A DNA stretch of 62,857 nucleotides from Candidatus Nanohalobium sp. (GTDB lineage: Archaea > Nanohalarchaeota > Nanosalinia > Nanosalinales > Nanosalinaceae). The notes under the pieces were generated by a model. That model did no database searches. It was not told where the DNA came from and saw only the letters and a list, made by a program, of their open reading frames with translations. The stretch spans positions 1-62,857 of the forward strand of contig JBDGSL010000011.1 of NCBI GenBank assembly GCA_042217555.1, in the 5' to 3' direction. A program made the translations under genes and the position numbers. This document shows, piece by piece, positions 10,549-20,468 of the stretch. Position 1 is the first letter of the stretch, and each line of letters begins with the position of its first letter.

Positions 10549-10663
10549 AAAACACTCCCACAGTTTTCCCTTCCTTCTTTCCCTTTTCTTCAAGCCAGCA
10601 ACTATTAACTCTAGCGGACCAAAAACTTCACGTAAAAAAACACAACTCCCGAGCTGGTAAAAA

Positions 10664-12634
10664 ATGATTGAATTAGAACTACCTGATGGCTCTAGTTTAG
10701 AAGTAGAGGAAAACTCGACAGTAGAAGACGTCGCCTATGAGATAGGTACAGGCCTTGGAGACGATACAGTAGCCGGGAAGATCAACGGCGAATTAGTCGC
10801 GAAAGAGGAACAGGTCTCGGACGGCGATGAGATAGAGATAATAACACCGAGCTCAGACGAATACATAGACGTTCTCAGGCACTCTGCAGCCCACGTCTTC
10901 GCACAGGCACTCAAGAGAATCTACGGCGACAAAGTTAAGCTTACGATCGGTCCGTGGACAGATGAAGGATTCTATTACGATATTGACGGCGTGGAAATCG
11001 AGCAGGAGAACTTCGGGGAAATCGAAGAAGAGATGGAGAAGATCGTTGAGGAAGACCTTGAAATCGAAAGAGAGATGGTTTCCAGAGAGGAAGCAGAGGA
11101 GTTCTTCGAAGACAACGAATACAAAACGGAAATCCTGGAAGAAGAAGCAGCAGCCGAAGATCAGGGATCTTCTCGAGAAGGCTCCTCGGAGAGCGCGCCT
11201 TCAGAAGACAAAGTTTCCTTCTATACGCAGGGCGAGTTCAAGGACCTGTGCAAAGGCCCTCACGTCGAAAGTACAGGAGAGATCGGTGGTTTCAAGCTTC
11301 TGGAGATTGCTGGAGCCTACTGGAGAGGCGACGAAAACAACGAGATGCTTACAAGAGTTTACGGAACAGCATTCCCGAGCGAGTCAGAGCTTGAAGAGTT
11401 CATGGAGAGAAGAAGAGAGGCTGAGAAAAGAGACCACAGAAGGATCGGCCAGGAAATGGATCTATTCTCAATCCCTGAGTTCTCACCAGGATGCGCACAC
11501 TTCCATCCAAACGGCATGAAGATCAGGAGAGAACTGGAAGAGTACATCCGGGAAAAGAACGCAGAGCTCGGCTACACAGAGGTAAAGACACCGGAGCTGA
11601 ACAAGACAGAGCTCTGGAAGAAGACAGGCCACTACGAAGCCTTCAAGGAAGAAGGCGAGATGTTTGCCTGGGAACAGGACGACACAGAATACGGCCTCAA
11701 GCCTATGAACTGTGCGAATCACAGCCATATCTTTGATTCAGGTAAGAAGAGCTACAAGGAACTGCCGATCAAGCTTTCAGAGTTCGGAACAGTTTACAGG
11801 AACGAGCAGTCCGGCGAACTATCAGGCCTGATGCGTGTAAGAGGCCTGACACAGGACGACGGCCACGCTTACATGCGTAAAGACCAGATCGAAGAGGAGA
11901 TCAAGAAACACCTGGACATAATCATCGAGATGTACGACGAGTTCGGCTTCGAGGTCAACTTCATCATGGAGACAAAGCCTGAGAAGGCTCAAGGACCTGA
12001 TGAGCTGTGGGAAGAAGCGGAAGAAGCTCTTGGAAACGCCATGGATGAAAAAGTCGGCGATTATGAAGTCAAACCAGAAGAAGGAGCATTCTACGGCCCT
12101 AAGATCGGCGTAGAAGTAGAAGACGCTATCGGAAGGGAATGGCAGCTTGGGACAGTACAGCTCGACTTCGTGATCCCGAGAAACTACGGATTAAAGTACG
12201 TAGGAGAAGACAACGAAGAACACTACCCAGTCATGCTTCACAGAGCTATCCTCGGATCGATCGACCGCTTCATGGGAGTCATGATCGAACACTTCGCAGG
12301 CGACTTCCCGACGTGGCTCGCACCAGAACAGGTCCGCATCCTCCCCGTAACGGATGAAAACCAGGAATACGCCGAAAAAATCAAGGAAGAACTTAGTGAG
12401 TTCCGCGTAGAAATCGAAGACCGATCCTGGACAGTAGGAAAGAAAATCCAGGCAGCACACGACGACAACGTACCCTACATGCTGATCCTCGGCGACGACG
12501 AAGAAGAAGCAGAAAACATCTCAGTAAGAGACAGACAGGAACGTGAAGAGAACGAAATCAGCGTGGAAAAGTTCAGAAAGGCCTTGAAAGAGGAAATCAG
12601 AGAGAAGAAGCTGGAGCCAGACTTCCTCCATTAG
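10664..12634 (+). CDS. thrS: Threonine--tRNA ligase (bacterial-type, TGS domain)
   Basis: RHSAAH, DLCKGPH, RDHRRIG, KPMNC, GAFYGPK, HRAILGS. Confidence 0.97.
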   Translation: MIELELPDGSSLEVEENSTVEDVAYEIGTGLGDDTVAGKINGELVAKEEQVSDGDEIEIITPSSDEYIDVLRHSAAHVFAQALKRIYGDKVKLTIGPWTDEGFYYDIDGVEIEQENFGEIEEEMEKIVEEDLEIEREMVSREEAEEFFEDNEYKTEILEEEAAAEDQGSSREGSSESAPSEDKVSFYTQGEFKDLCKGPHVESTGEIGGFKLLEIAGAYWRGDENNEMLTRVYGTAFPSESELEEFMERRREAEKRDHRRIGQEMDLFSIPEFSPGCAHFHPNGMKIRRELEEYIREKNAELGYTEVKTPELNKTELWKKTGHYEAFKEEGEMFAWEQDDTEYGLKPMNCANHSHIFDSGKKSYKELPIKLSEFGTVYRNEQSGELSGLMRVRGLTQDDGHAYMRKDQIEEEIKKHLDIIIEMYDEFGFEVNFIMETKPEKAQGPDELWEEAEEALGNAMDEKVGDYEVKPEEGAFYGPKIGVEVEDAIGREWQLGTVQLDFVIPRNYGLKYVGEDNEEHYPVMLHRAILGSIDRFMGVMIEHFAGDFPTWLAPEQVRILPVTDENQEYAEKIKEELSEFRVEIEDRSWTVGKKIQAAHDDNVPYMLILGDDEEEAENISVRDRQEREENEISVEKFRKALKEEIREKKLEPDFLH

Positions 12635-12714
12635 AAGCCCTTTCCTTCTGTCACCTTCTTTTTTGCCAGGTTTTCTTTTTTGGATTTAAAAGTTTTTGAG
12701 TACTGAGTGTTTGT

Positions 12715-13122
12715 ATGACTACTGTTTACGATGTAAAAGCGGAGCCTCTGATAATGGAGGCTGCCGATGATCTAGAGGATGATTTCGAAGCACCGGAATG
12801 GACTAACTTTGTAAAGACCGGAAGCGACAAAGAGAGACCACCTGAGCAGGATAACTGGTTCCATATCAGATCTGCGGCCATCCTCAGAAAGATATACATG
12901 GACGGCCCACTGGGAGTCTCACGCTTGAGAACTATCTACGGAAGCAGGAAGAAGAACGGTCACGCACCCGAGCACTCAGGTAAAGCGTCCGGAAAAGTTA
13001 TCAGAACTGCTCTGCAGAAACTGGAAGAATCAGGGCTCGTGGAAGAGGAAGAAGGAGAAGGCAGGAAGATAACGGACAAGGGGAAGAGCTTCCTTGACGA
13101 AAAATCCGAAGAAGTACTTTGA
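12715..13122 (+). CDS. rps19e: 30S ribosomal protein S19e
   Basis: PEWTNFVKTG, WFHIRSAAILRKIY, GRKIT. Confidence 0.95.
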   Translation: MTTVYDVKAEPLIMEAADDLEDDFEAPEWTNFVKTGSDKERPPEQDNWFHIRSAAILRKIYMDGPLGVSRLRTIYGSRKKNGHAPEHSGKASGKVIRTALQKLEESGLVEEEEGEGRKITDKGKSFLDEKSEEVL

Positions 13123-13176
13123 TACTGCAGTCTTCAAGGTTTCCCGGCCGGAACCTGTCAGAAGATGGTGTGTTCC

Positions 13177-13500
13177 ATGGAAGATGATATAGAGGACCTG
13201 CGTGAACAGAAAAGGAAGCAGATGCAGGAACAGCAGGAAGACCAGGAGGAAGCAGTTGAACAGCGGAGGAAACAGATAAAGCAGCAGGCCTCACAGTATC
13301 TGACAAAGGAAGCGAAGTCACGTCTAGGCAATATACGTGCTGCAGACCCTGACAAGGCCGCAAGCGTCGAGATGCAGATCGCCCGGCTTGGAAGAACAGG
13401 CCGTATCAACAGTATAGACGATGACCGGTTGAAGGATATTCTGAGATCTATCAGCCAGGAAGAAGGTAAAAACGATTCCAATATAAAGTTCAGGAAGTGA
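13177..13500 (+). CDS. PDCD5-like DNA-binding protein
   Basis: LTKEAKSRLGNIR..P.KAASVE; typical position after rps19e. Confidence 0.9.
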   Translation: MEDDIEDLREQKRKQMQEQQEDQEEAVEQRRKQIKQQASQYLTKEAKSRLGNIRAADPDKAASVEMQIARLGRTGRINSIDDDRLKDILRSISQEEGKNDSNIKFRK

Positions 13501-13581
13501 AAAGCATTACTATGAACGAAAATCGAAGATTCGAAGATTCAGAGACGAATCTTCTCCAAGAAAACACAGAGGTGTTTTAGA

Positions 13582-13755
13582 ATGTCAAGCAACAAGTCGA
13601 AGGGAAAGAAGAAGAGGCTTGCCAAGGCCGCTAAAACAGCAAAGTCTGCTCCAAGATGGGTTTCACTCAAGGTTCACGGCATGGACAGGGCAGGTAAGAA
13701 GTCCGTCAAGCCAAGAAAGTCGAGGCACTGGAGACGGGACGACACCGACGAGTAA
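13582..13755 (+). CDS. rpl39e: 50S ribosomal protein L39e
   Basis: Below the ORF-track cutoff; MSSNKSKGKKKRLAKA...PRWV...RHWRR; GAGGTG SD motif. Confidence 0.9.
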   Translation: MSSNKSKGKKKRLAKAAKTAKSAPRWVSLKVHGMDRAGKKSVKPRKSRHWRRDDTDE

Positions 13756-13783
13756 GTCGGAGAAAAACTTTTTTTGATTTCTT

Positions 13784-14428
13784 ATGGATATAGAGAAATA
13801 CAACTACGAGGGAAACGAGAACCTGGGCTTCCACGCCACGGTTGCTGAGGAACAGGCAGTCTTCCCTCCCGAGTTCAAGAGGAAGGATTCCTTTTCTTCT
13901 CAAAACAACGCGGAGACCTATATAAACAGGACCCGTCTGGTAGGTCTTTTCACCGCCGGTAATTCTAACTGCATCCTGATACCAGAGGAAACCACTGAAC
14001 GGGAGAGAAGAAAACTGGAGGAGTCAGGTGTAGAGTTCAAAGTGATCAAGACACAGGATAACGCACTTGGCAACCTGATACTGTGCAACGAATCCGGTGC
14101 ATACATAAGCAGGAAGATAGAAGACAGGAAAGAGGAGATAGAGAACGCACTGGAGGTAGAGGCAGTCGTAGGAGATATAGCAGGTATAAAGAACCCTGGT
14201 GTCTGCGGACTTGCCAACTCACAGGGTGCAGTACTCCACAGAGAGGCCAGCGAGGAAGAAGCTGAGAAAGTGAAGGAAGCGCTTGGCCTTGAAAACGTTG
14301 ATGTCGGCACAGTCAACCTTGGCTCCCCGTACACAGGTTCAGGCGGAGTAGCGACGGACGAACTTGTCATGGTTGGAGAGAACACTTCCGGCCCTGAAGT
14401 CGGCAGGATCGACAGGACCATGAGATAA
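13784..14428 (+). CDS. eif6: Translation initiation factor aIF-6
   Basis: LVGLFTAGNSN, ALGNLILCN, GTVNLGSP..GSG, TSGPE. Confidence 0.92.
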   Translation: MDIEKYNYEGNENLGFHATVAEEQAVFPPEFKRKDSFSSQNNAETYINRTRLVGLFTAGNSNCILIPEETTERERRKLEESGVEFKVIKTQDNALGNLILCNESGAYISRKIEDRKEEIENALEVEAVVGDIAGIKNPGVCGLANSQGAVLHREASEEEAEKVKEALGLENVDVGTVNLGSPYTGSGGVATDELVMVGENTSGPEVGRIDRTMR

Positions 14429-14501
14429 CAAACTCTTTCTTTTCTTGCCACCTCTGAATACTCACGCTTTCTTTATATGGAGACTGTGGAAATCTTCATG
14501 T

Positions 14502-17024
14502 ATGAAGAACGTTCTCTGGTTCGAAAATATCACGGCAGATGACACAGCAAAAGTCGGAGGAAAAAGCGCAAACCTGGGAGAGCTCAGAAACGAGACAGAA
14601 GTACCCGTACTGCCAGGATTCGCCACTACAGCGGACGCATACGAAAAATTTATACATGAAACAGGTCTGAGAGACAAGATAGAGACACTTCTCGATGGAC
14701 TGGACACGGAAGATGTCAGTGACCTGCAGAGACGTGGAAAACAGATACGTGCACACATAAAAGAAGCTGACATGCCGGAGGAGATGAGAAAAGACTTTGT
14801 AAAGCAGTACGAGGAACTTGAAGAAAGACTGGGAGTGGAAAACCCTGAGGTCGCAGTAAGAAGCTCGGCTACTGCAGAAGATCTGCCCGGAGCCTCGTTC
14901 GCTGGCCAGCAGGAGACCTACCTCAACGTATCCGGAAGAAAAGACCTGATAAAGAGGATAAAGGACTGCTACGCATCGCTGTTCACCAACAGGGCGATCT
15001 CATACAGGGAAGACAAGGGCTTCTCACACTTCGACGTAAAATTATCTGCTGTAGTTCAGAAGATGGGGCGTTCAGATATCGGTGCAGCAGGAGTAATGTT
15101 CACACTGGATCCTGACTCCGGTTTCGACAACGTCGTGACAATCAACGGCAGCTATGGCCTGGGAGAGTACGTCGTACTCGGAGAGGTCAACCCGGACGAG
15201 TTCACAGTCTTCAAGGAAAACCTGGGGATCATCGAAAAAGAACTGGGAGAAAAAGAGGTCAAACTGGTCAGAAACGACGAACACAGTTCAGGAGACGGCC
15301 AGGAAAACATCGAGAAGAAAGTACCACAGAGCGACAGAGAAAAGTTCTGTATAACCGACAACCAGGTAAAAGAACTGGCCAAGTACGCGATGAGGATAGA
15401 GGAGCACTACGAGAAGCCTATGGATATAGAGTGGGTGCTTGACGGCCAGACCAACGAACTGTATATCGTACAGGCGAGGCCGGAGACAGTCCAGGCTGAG
15501 AAGGACGAAAACGTAATCGAAGACTATAAGCTTGAGGAAGAGTCGGAAGTCCTGCTTGAAGGCTCGGCAATCGGATCCAAGATCGGCTCAGGCAAGGCCC
15601 ACGTCCTCGACAGCCCGAAGCAGATCGACCAGTTCGAGGAAGGTGAAGTCCTGGTCACTGACATGACAGATCCTGACTGGGAGCCGATTATGAAGAAGGC
15701 AGGAGCCATAATCACAAACAAGGGAGGAAGAACTTCCCACGCAGCGATCGTCTCACGGGAACTCGGAGTACCGGCTGTCATCGGAACCGAGACAGCTACC
15801 TCACAGCTCTCGGACGGACAGGAAGTAACGGTTGACTGTTCTTCAAGTACTGGAAAAATCTGGGACAGCAAGTTAGAGTTCGATGTTGAAGAACATCATC
15901 TTGATGAGATACCTGAGACAGAGACGGACGTACAGGTTAACATCGGAGAACCAAGCGAGGTATTCCACGTCGCCCAGCTACCTGTAGAAGGTGTTGGACT
16001 GGCACGTGAAGAGTTCATAATATCATCTCACGTTGGAGAACATCCTCTGCACCTGATTGAAGAAGATAGAGAGGACGAGTACGTTCAGGCCCTGCGTGAC
16101 GGCCTGGGCAAGATCGGGGCCGCTTTCTACCCGAACCAGGTGGTCGTCCGCTTATCGGACTTCAAGTCGGATGAGTACGCCGAGCTTAAAGGCGGAGAAG
16201 AGTATGAACCGGATGAAGCCAATCCGATGATAGGATTTAGAGGAGCCTCAAGGTATTACGATGACGTGTTCCAGAAGGCGTTCGAGCTGGAGTGCAAGGC
16301 ATTGAGAAGATGTATCGACGAGCTTGGACTCAACAACATCACCGTGATGGTGCCCTTCTGCAGGACCGTCGACGAAGGCAGGAAGGTAAGGGCCAAGATG
16401 AAGGAGTACGGCCTGGATCAGGGTGATATAGAGGTATATGTCATGGCCGAGATACCTGCGAACATCATAAGAGCGGAGGAGTTTGCTGAAGTTTTCGACG
16501 GCTTCTCCATAGGGACAAACGACCTGACACAGTTGACTCTGGGAGTCGACAGGAACAGTGACAAGATGAAGGAAGTATTCGATGAGAGGGATCCTGCTGT
16601 GAAGGAGTCTGTCAGTACGTTGATCAGGAAGGCTCACAGCAAGGACAGACACGTTGGAATATGCGGGGACGCACCCTCCACACATGAAGGCTACGCAGAG
16701 TTCCTGGTAGAAGAGGAAATAGACGCGATCTCGGTATCTCCGGACGTTGCACTTGAGACCATCCTGAAGGTTGCCGACGCAGAAAGAGAAAGAGAGGAAG
16801 AGGGAGAGGTCGAGATCTCCGCAGACGACGTAGGCAGAGCCGCAGGCCAGATATACGAGGCTTTAAGCGACCAGGGCAGGGCAACAGCACAGAAACTACT
16901 GGACTACACAGACGAGAAACTGGACTCAGAGAACATTAACCAGGCCCTAGGCTGGCTTGCAAAAGAAGACAAGATAGAGGTAGAAATCAGGAAAGGTGAG
17001 AAAGAGTACAGTTTAAGCAGTTAA
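14502..17024 (+). CDS. ppsA: Phosphoenolpyruvate synthase with C-terminal winged-helix extension
   Basis: VGGKSANLGEL, AVRSSATAED, GGRTSHAAIVSRE, FSIGTNDLTQ. Confidence 0.96.
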   Translation: MKNVLWFENITADDTAKVGGKSANLGELRNETEVPVLPGFATTADAYEKFIHETGLRDKIETLLDGLDTEDVSDLQRRGKQIRAHIKEADMPEEMRKDFVKQYEELEERLGVENPEVAVRSSATAEDLPGASFAGQQETYLNVSGRKDLIKRIKDCYASLFTNRAISYREDKGFSHFDVKLSAVVQKMGRSDIGAAGVMFTLDPDSGFDNVVTINGSYGLGEYVVLGEVNPDEFTVFKENLGIIEKELGEKEVKLVRNDEHSSGDGQENIEKKVPQSDREKFCITDNQVKELAKYAMRIEEHYEKPMDIEWVLDGQTNELYIVQARPETVQAEKDENVIEDYKLEEESEVLLEGSAIGSKIGSGKAHVLDSPKQIDQFEEGEVLVTDMTDPDWEPIMKKAGAIITNKGGRTSHAAIVSRELGVPAVIGTETATSQLSDGQEVTVDCSSSTGKIWDSKLEFDVEEHHLDEIPETETDVQVNIGEPSEVFHVAQLPVEGVGLAREEFIISSHVGEHPLHLIEEDREDEYVQALRDGLGKIGAAFYPNQVVVRLSDFKSDEYAELKGGEEYEPDEANPMIGFRGASRYYDDVFQKAFELECKALRRCIDELGLNNITVMVPFCRTVDEGRKVRAKMKEYGLDQGDIEVYVMAEIPANIIRAEEFAEVFDGFSIGTNDLTQLTLGVDRNSDKMKEVFDERDPAVKESVSTLIRKAHSKDRHVGICGDAPSTHEGYAEFLVEEEIDAISVSPDVALETILKVADAEREREEEGEVEISADDVGRAAGQIYEALSDQGRATAQKLLDYTDEKLDSENINQALGWLAKEDKIEVEIRKGEKEYSLSS

Positions 17025-17029
17025 AGACC

Positions 17030-17443
17030 TTACCTCACCGTTATTACCCTTTTCTCAACTCTTTCTCCGTTATGTCTGACCTCAACACTGTAACGGCCTT
17101 CTTCCAGCCGCGAAGTATCGAAGTCGTACACTGCAGAGGCCAGGCAGGTATTCCAGAAGCTTTCCGGAGCAACTGCCCCCTCAGACCTGACATCCAGCAC
17201 GATACTGTCGGCACTCCGGGAGTAACTATACCTCAGATCAGCCTCAGGATTCTCAACAGGGAAATAACCCTTGAAACTCATCGAATTATCAGGATGCAGC
17301 TCTATAACCGTGTAGACACCTCTATCACCTCGGCACTCAGTCTCCAAGTCATTCACCTCAAGATTTGAGCCGCCAGCAGCTGCGAAAACTGCAAGCAACG
17401 CTACTACAGATACTGCCCCTACCCCGGTCCAGAAACGTGTCAT
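17030..17443 (-). CDS. Hypothetical exported protein
   Basis: Hydrophobic N-terminal signal/anchor; two Cys. Confidence 0.65.
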   Translation of the reverse strand: MTRFWTGVGAVSVVALLAVFAAAGGSNLEVNDLETECRGDRGVYTVIELHPDNSMSFKGYFPVENPEADLRYSYSRSADSIVLDVRSEGAVAPESFWNTCLASAVYDFDTSRLEEGRYSVEVRHNGERVEKRVITVR

Positions 17444-17539
17444 AACTACCACTTGTACACAAATTATTTTAAAGTCTACGGAGTGACAACGCCTAGATCT
17501 GTGAAGTTATTAAATGAAGGACTACTAAAACTGTTTTAG

Positions 17540-17680
17540 ATGACAGACGGGAGAATAATAGGAATTATCTCTGGGAAGGGCGGCGTCGGAAAGACGAGCA
17601 TGTGCGTTAACCTGGGCGTGGCACTTAATGAATTCGGTGAAAGCGTCACGCTTGTAGATGCTGATTTCTCTGCCTCTGAT
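17540..17680 (+). pseudogene. minD: Truncated MinD/ParA ATPase (N-terminal ~47 codons)
   Basis: IIGIISGKGGVGKTS..NLGVAL...VTLVDAD, then similarity stops abruptly. Confidence 0.8.
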
Positions 17681-18595
17681 ATAGGAGAACGTGCCTCTGT
17701 ATCGATGACGTATTCGCTGCCTACCTCTCCGGTTGCGTTGACACCCCAGTTGAAACTGCACCTGTCGCCGTCCACCATGTCCTGACAGGTCTTCGGATTG
17801 TTTCCAACCGTGTAGAACGGCCTGTCCTGTGTATCAGGTATATCCACCCATCCATCTGACCCATTGTAACGTGCTGCTACATCAACGTCACCGCACTCTC
17901 CTTCGAAGCATTCAACGATTGCGTTTACCTCAAAAGTCCTGTTTGACTGCAGCCGGGAATCTTCAGGAGGCTCATGCATTTTAACGTTCAGTTTTCCAGG
18001 ATCTCGAAGTATTATAGATGTGTTGTGGTCATACTCGCTTCCTGAGCCTTTATCAACGTTTTCAGCTCTGAAGGACTGGTTATAGTTCGTGTCCTGACTC
18101 AGTCCTGGTTCAAATATATAGCTTGCGTTCATTTTTTCACCTGGCTTCAATGTTCCTCCATTGCTTGTATTCCATTCAAGTTGTTCATTGACTATTTCAG
18201 CACCCCCATCTTTTCTCACCTCCTTTAATCCTGTACCAGGCTCCTTCACTTGTATTGATAGTCCAGTTATCCGTGTCTATGCCGTTGTGGAATAGTTCGT
18301 CGTCCTGTGAGATATTCCATTCAGTGTCTCCCTCGTTCTCTATCCTGAAATCATACCTGAACTGTTGTCCAGGCTCCAAACTGGAAATATTCAGCATGTC
18401 ATCCTGGCTTCCAGGAGTTATGGAGTCGACAAGGTTGGTCTTGTTCGTCCTGTTCACTGAATCAAACGAAGTGACGTCATGTACCGCTATACTCTGTATA
18501 ACCGGCTGTGCGTCCGCTCCGAAAGTTACGGCGGAAACTGTGAAAGCCATCACTACAGCGGCAAGTAGAAGAGTTACCTGTTTTCTTGTGTTCAC
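17680..18595 (-). pseudogene. Secreted surface-glycoprotein-like gene, frameshifted and 3'-truncated
   Basis: Signal peptide and many NxS/T sequons; ORFs 18197..18595 and 17536..18249 join if the C5 run near 18203-18207 is C4; runs into the minD fragment. Confidence 0.65.
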
Positions 18596-18675
18596 AGTTT
18601 AAACTGTACAACCGGTCAAATATATACTTCACCTTTCCACGCAGGGGAGGGCTATATTTTTTCTGGAGAGTATAG

Positions 18676-19083
18676 TCAGTGTCTTCCCAGCAGCACTACC
18701 AGTATACCTGCGACTATACCTGATGTCGACAGGACGACCATCCACTGATAATGGTTCTTTGTTGACTCGACCTTTTCACGGGCCTGACCTGCTGCTTCAA
18801 GCGATTCCCGCGCTTCATTAAATCCTTGTTCCACTGCTCTGAACTCCTGTGTAACTCCCTGAACATCCTGAAGTGCCTCCATTATCCTCTGTGTCTCAGC
18901 CGAGTTCACGTAGCTTAAACCGTCCTGCACAGCCTGTTCTGACTCAACTATGCTGTCCTGTACGTTTTGCATCGTGTAATAACCGTGTATAGAGAATATG
19001 AGGAGTGCAAAAGAGAAGACTGATAGCATCTTTCCTGATTCTACCGCATCAGGTTTCAAGTTGGATAGTTGTTGGAGACGCAT
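18676..19083 (-). CDS. Hypothetical protein with two TM segments flanking a coiled coil
   Basis: TM-helical-TM pattern. Confidence 0.6.
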   Translation of the reverse strand: MRLQQLSNLKPDAVESGKMLSVFSFALLIFSIHGYYTMQNVQDSIVESEQAVQDGLSYVNSAETQRIMEALQDVQGVTQEFRAVEQGFNEARESLEAAGQAREKVESTKNHYQWMVVLSTSGIVAGILVVLLGRH

Positions 19084-19176
19084 GTAAAGAAGTTTTATTG
19101 TTCTCTAGGTTTAAAATCCGTTGGAGATGGAAAAGAGGAAAAAGGAGTTATAAGGCTGAACCTCTTATTTGAGTTT

Positions 19177-19584
19177 ATGCCACTGGAACTCTGGATGGTT
19201 TTTGAAGCGGTTGCAGCGACTGAAGAAGGTGCGGAGGAATCACTCAGTGACCACCTTGAGAAGCTTGAATCGGAAGAAGACGTAGAGATAACTGAGTCAA
19301 ACGTTGATGAGACGAACAGGGTTGATGATCCTCATCCTGACCTTGATGAAGGTTTTTCAAAGGTTGCTGAGTGCCGTCTAGAGGTTGAGGGCTTTGACAA
19401 GGCGATAAGCTTAACTTTTAACTATGGTCCTACGTATGTTCAGGTTGAGGGACCTGAGAAGTACGAGATGGATTTGAAGGAGGGTCAGGAGTCGCTTCAG
19501 AACGTGGCGAACATGATTCATAAGTATGCTCAGATGGGTCTGGGAGGGGTTCTGGTTTCAAAGCCGAGTGAAGAGGCATCATGA
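19177..19584 (+). CDS. Hypothetical archaeal protein
   Basis: Acidic ORF overlapping the next gene by ATGA; start reassigned. Confidence 0.7.
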   Translation: MPLELWMVFEAVAATEEGAEESLSDHLEKLESEEDVEITESNVDETNRVDDPHPDLDEGFSKVAECRLEVEGFDKAISLTFNYGPTYVQVEGPEKYEMDLKEGQESLQNVANMIHKYAQMGLGGVLVSKPSEEAS

Positions 19585-20468
19585 AAAAACTGGTTTTACT
19601 TGCTGCACTGGCGCTTTTGGCATCTTCCGTCTCTTCTACGACTATATCTCGGGAGGAGGTGGTAGTTGATCTTGAGAGCGGTGTTATCACTGTTAACATG
19701 GATGTTGAGGAGCTTACTACTGACAGTTTCAACTACCGGACAACGCATGAAGTCACTGATGTCGAGGCCCGTTTTGCTGGTAAACCTGTAGAGTGTTTCA
19801 CCGAGGAGTTTGCTGTAGGCGAGGAGATAAACTGTGAAACAGATCTGGAGAGTAACTTCTCCGTAAATCTTGATTACCGGGCTTCCGGCCTGGTTTCTCC
19901 ACGTAACGGTGTGAAGATGTTCAGGTATACTCAGCCTGTCTACCGTCCTATAGATAACTACACTCTCAGGGTTGTCCTGCCGGAAGGTACCGGTGTCGTG
20001 GATCAGTCAAACATCACTGCTCCGGTGATACAGCCTGAGACAGGTGAAGTCGGAAACATGGGAGGTAGACGGTTCTATGTCGAATGGAGTCTTCAACCCG
20101 ATCTAAGTGAGGCTTTGAACTTTCAGGTAATGTATGAGAGCCTTGAGGAAAGACCTTTGAACGACTTTATAGTGTATGTGCTTGCTGTTTCTGTAGTCGG
20201 TGTTATCTCCTACCTGGTTTACCGCCGGAAAAGCCAGGCATCTGCTTCTAACCGGTTAGAGGAACTGGGTGAGGATGAAAAGATGATAGTTGAGCTTCTG
20301 AGGGATAAAGGCGGTGAAATGCTTCAGAAGGATATAGTAGAGGAGACTGATTACTCCAAGGCCAAGATATCAGGAGTGGTAGGTAACCTTGAGGATGAAG
20401 AGGTAATCGACAAGGAGAAGGAAGGCCGGAGTAACAAGGTTTCACTGAGAAAAAGTTTCAGGAGTTAG
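19581..20468 (+). CDS. Membrane-anchored protein with extracellular domain and C-terminal MarR-like wHTH
   Basis: Signal peptide, TM, then QKDIVEETDYSKAKISGVV..LE...I.KEKEGRSN. Confidence 0.8.
   Translation: MKKLVLLAALALLASSVSSTTISREEVVVDLESGVITVNMDVEELTTDSFNYRTTHEVTDVEARFAGKPVECFTEEFAVGEEINCETDLESNFSVNLDYRASGLVSPRNGVKMFRYTQPVYRPIDNYTLRVVLPEGTGVVDQSNITAPVIQPETGEVGNMGGRRFYVEWSLQPDLSEALNFQVMYESLEERPLNDFIVYVLAVSVVGVISYLVYRRKSQASASNRLEELGEDEKMIVELLRDKGGEMLQKDIVEETDYSKAKISGVVGNLEDEEVIDKEKEGRSNKVSLRKSFRS

Noticed and set aside
10962..11519. Alternative-frame and antisense ORFs inside thrS, ppsA, aro genes, glyS etc.
   Set aside because: Shadows of the biased acidic codon usage (Ser/Phe- or Arg/Lys-rich) with no motifs
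13512..13580. Small ORF MNENRRFEDSETNLLQENTEVF with RRF before rpl39e
   Set aside because: RRF arises from the REP-like hairpin, and there is no link between the next codon and the downstream gene
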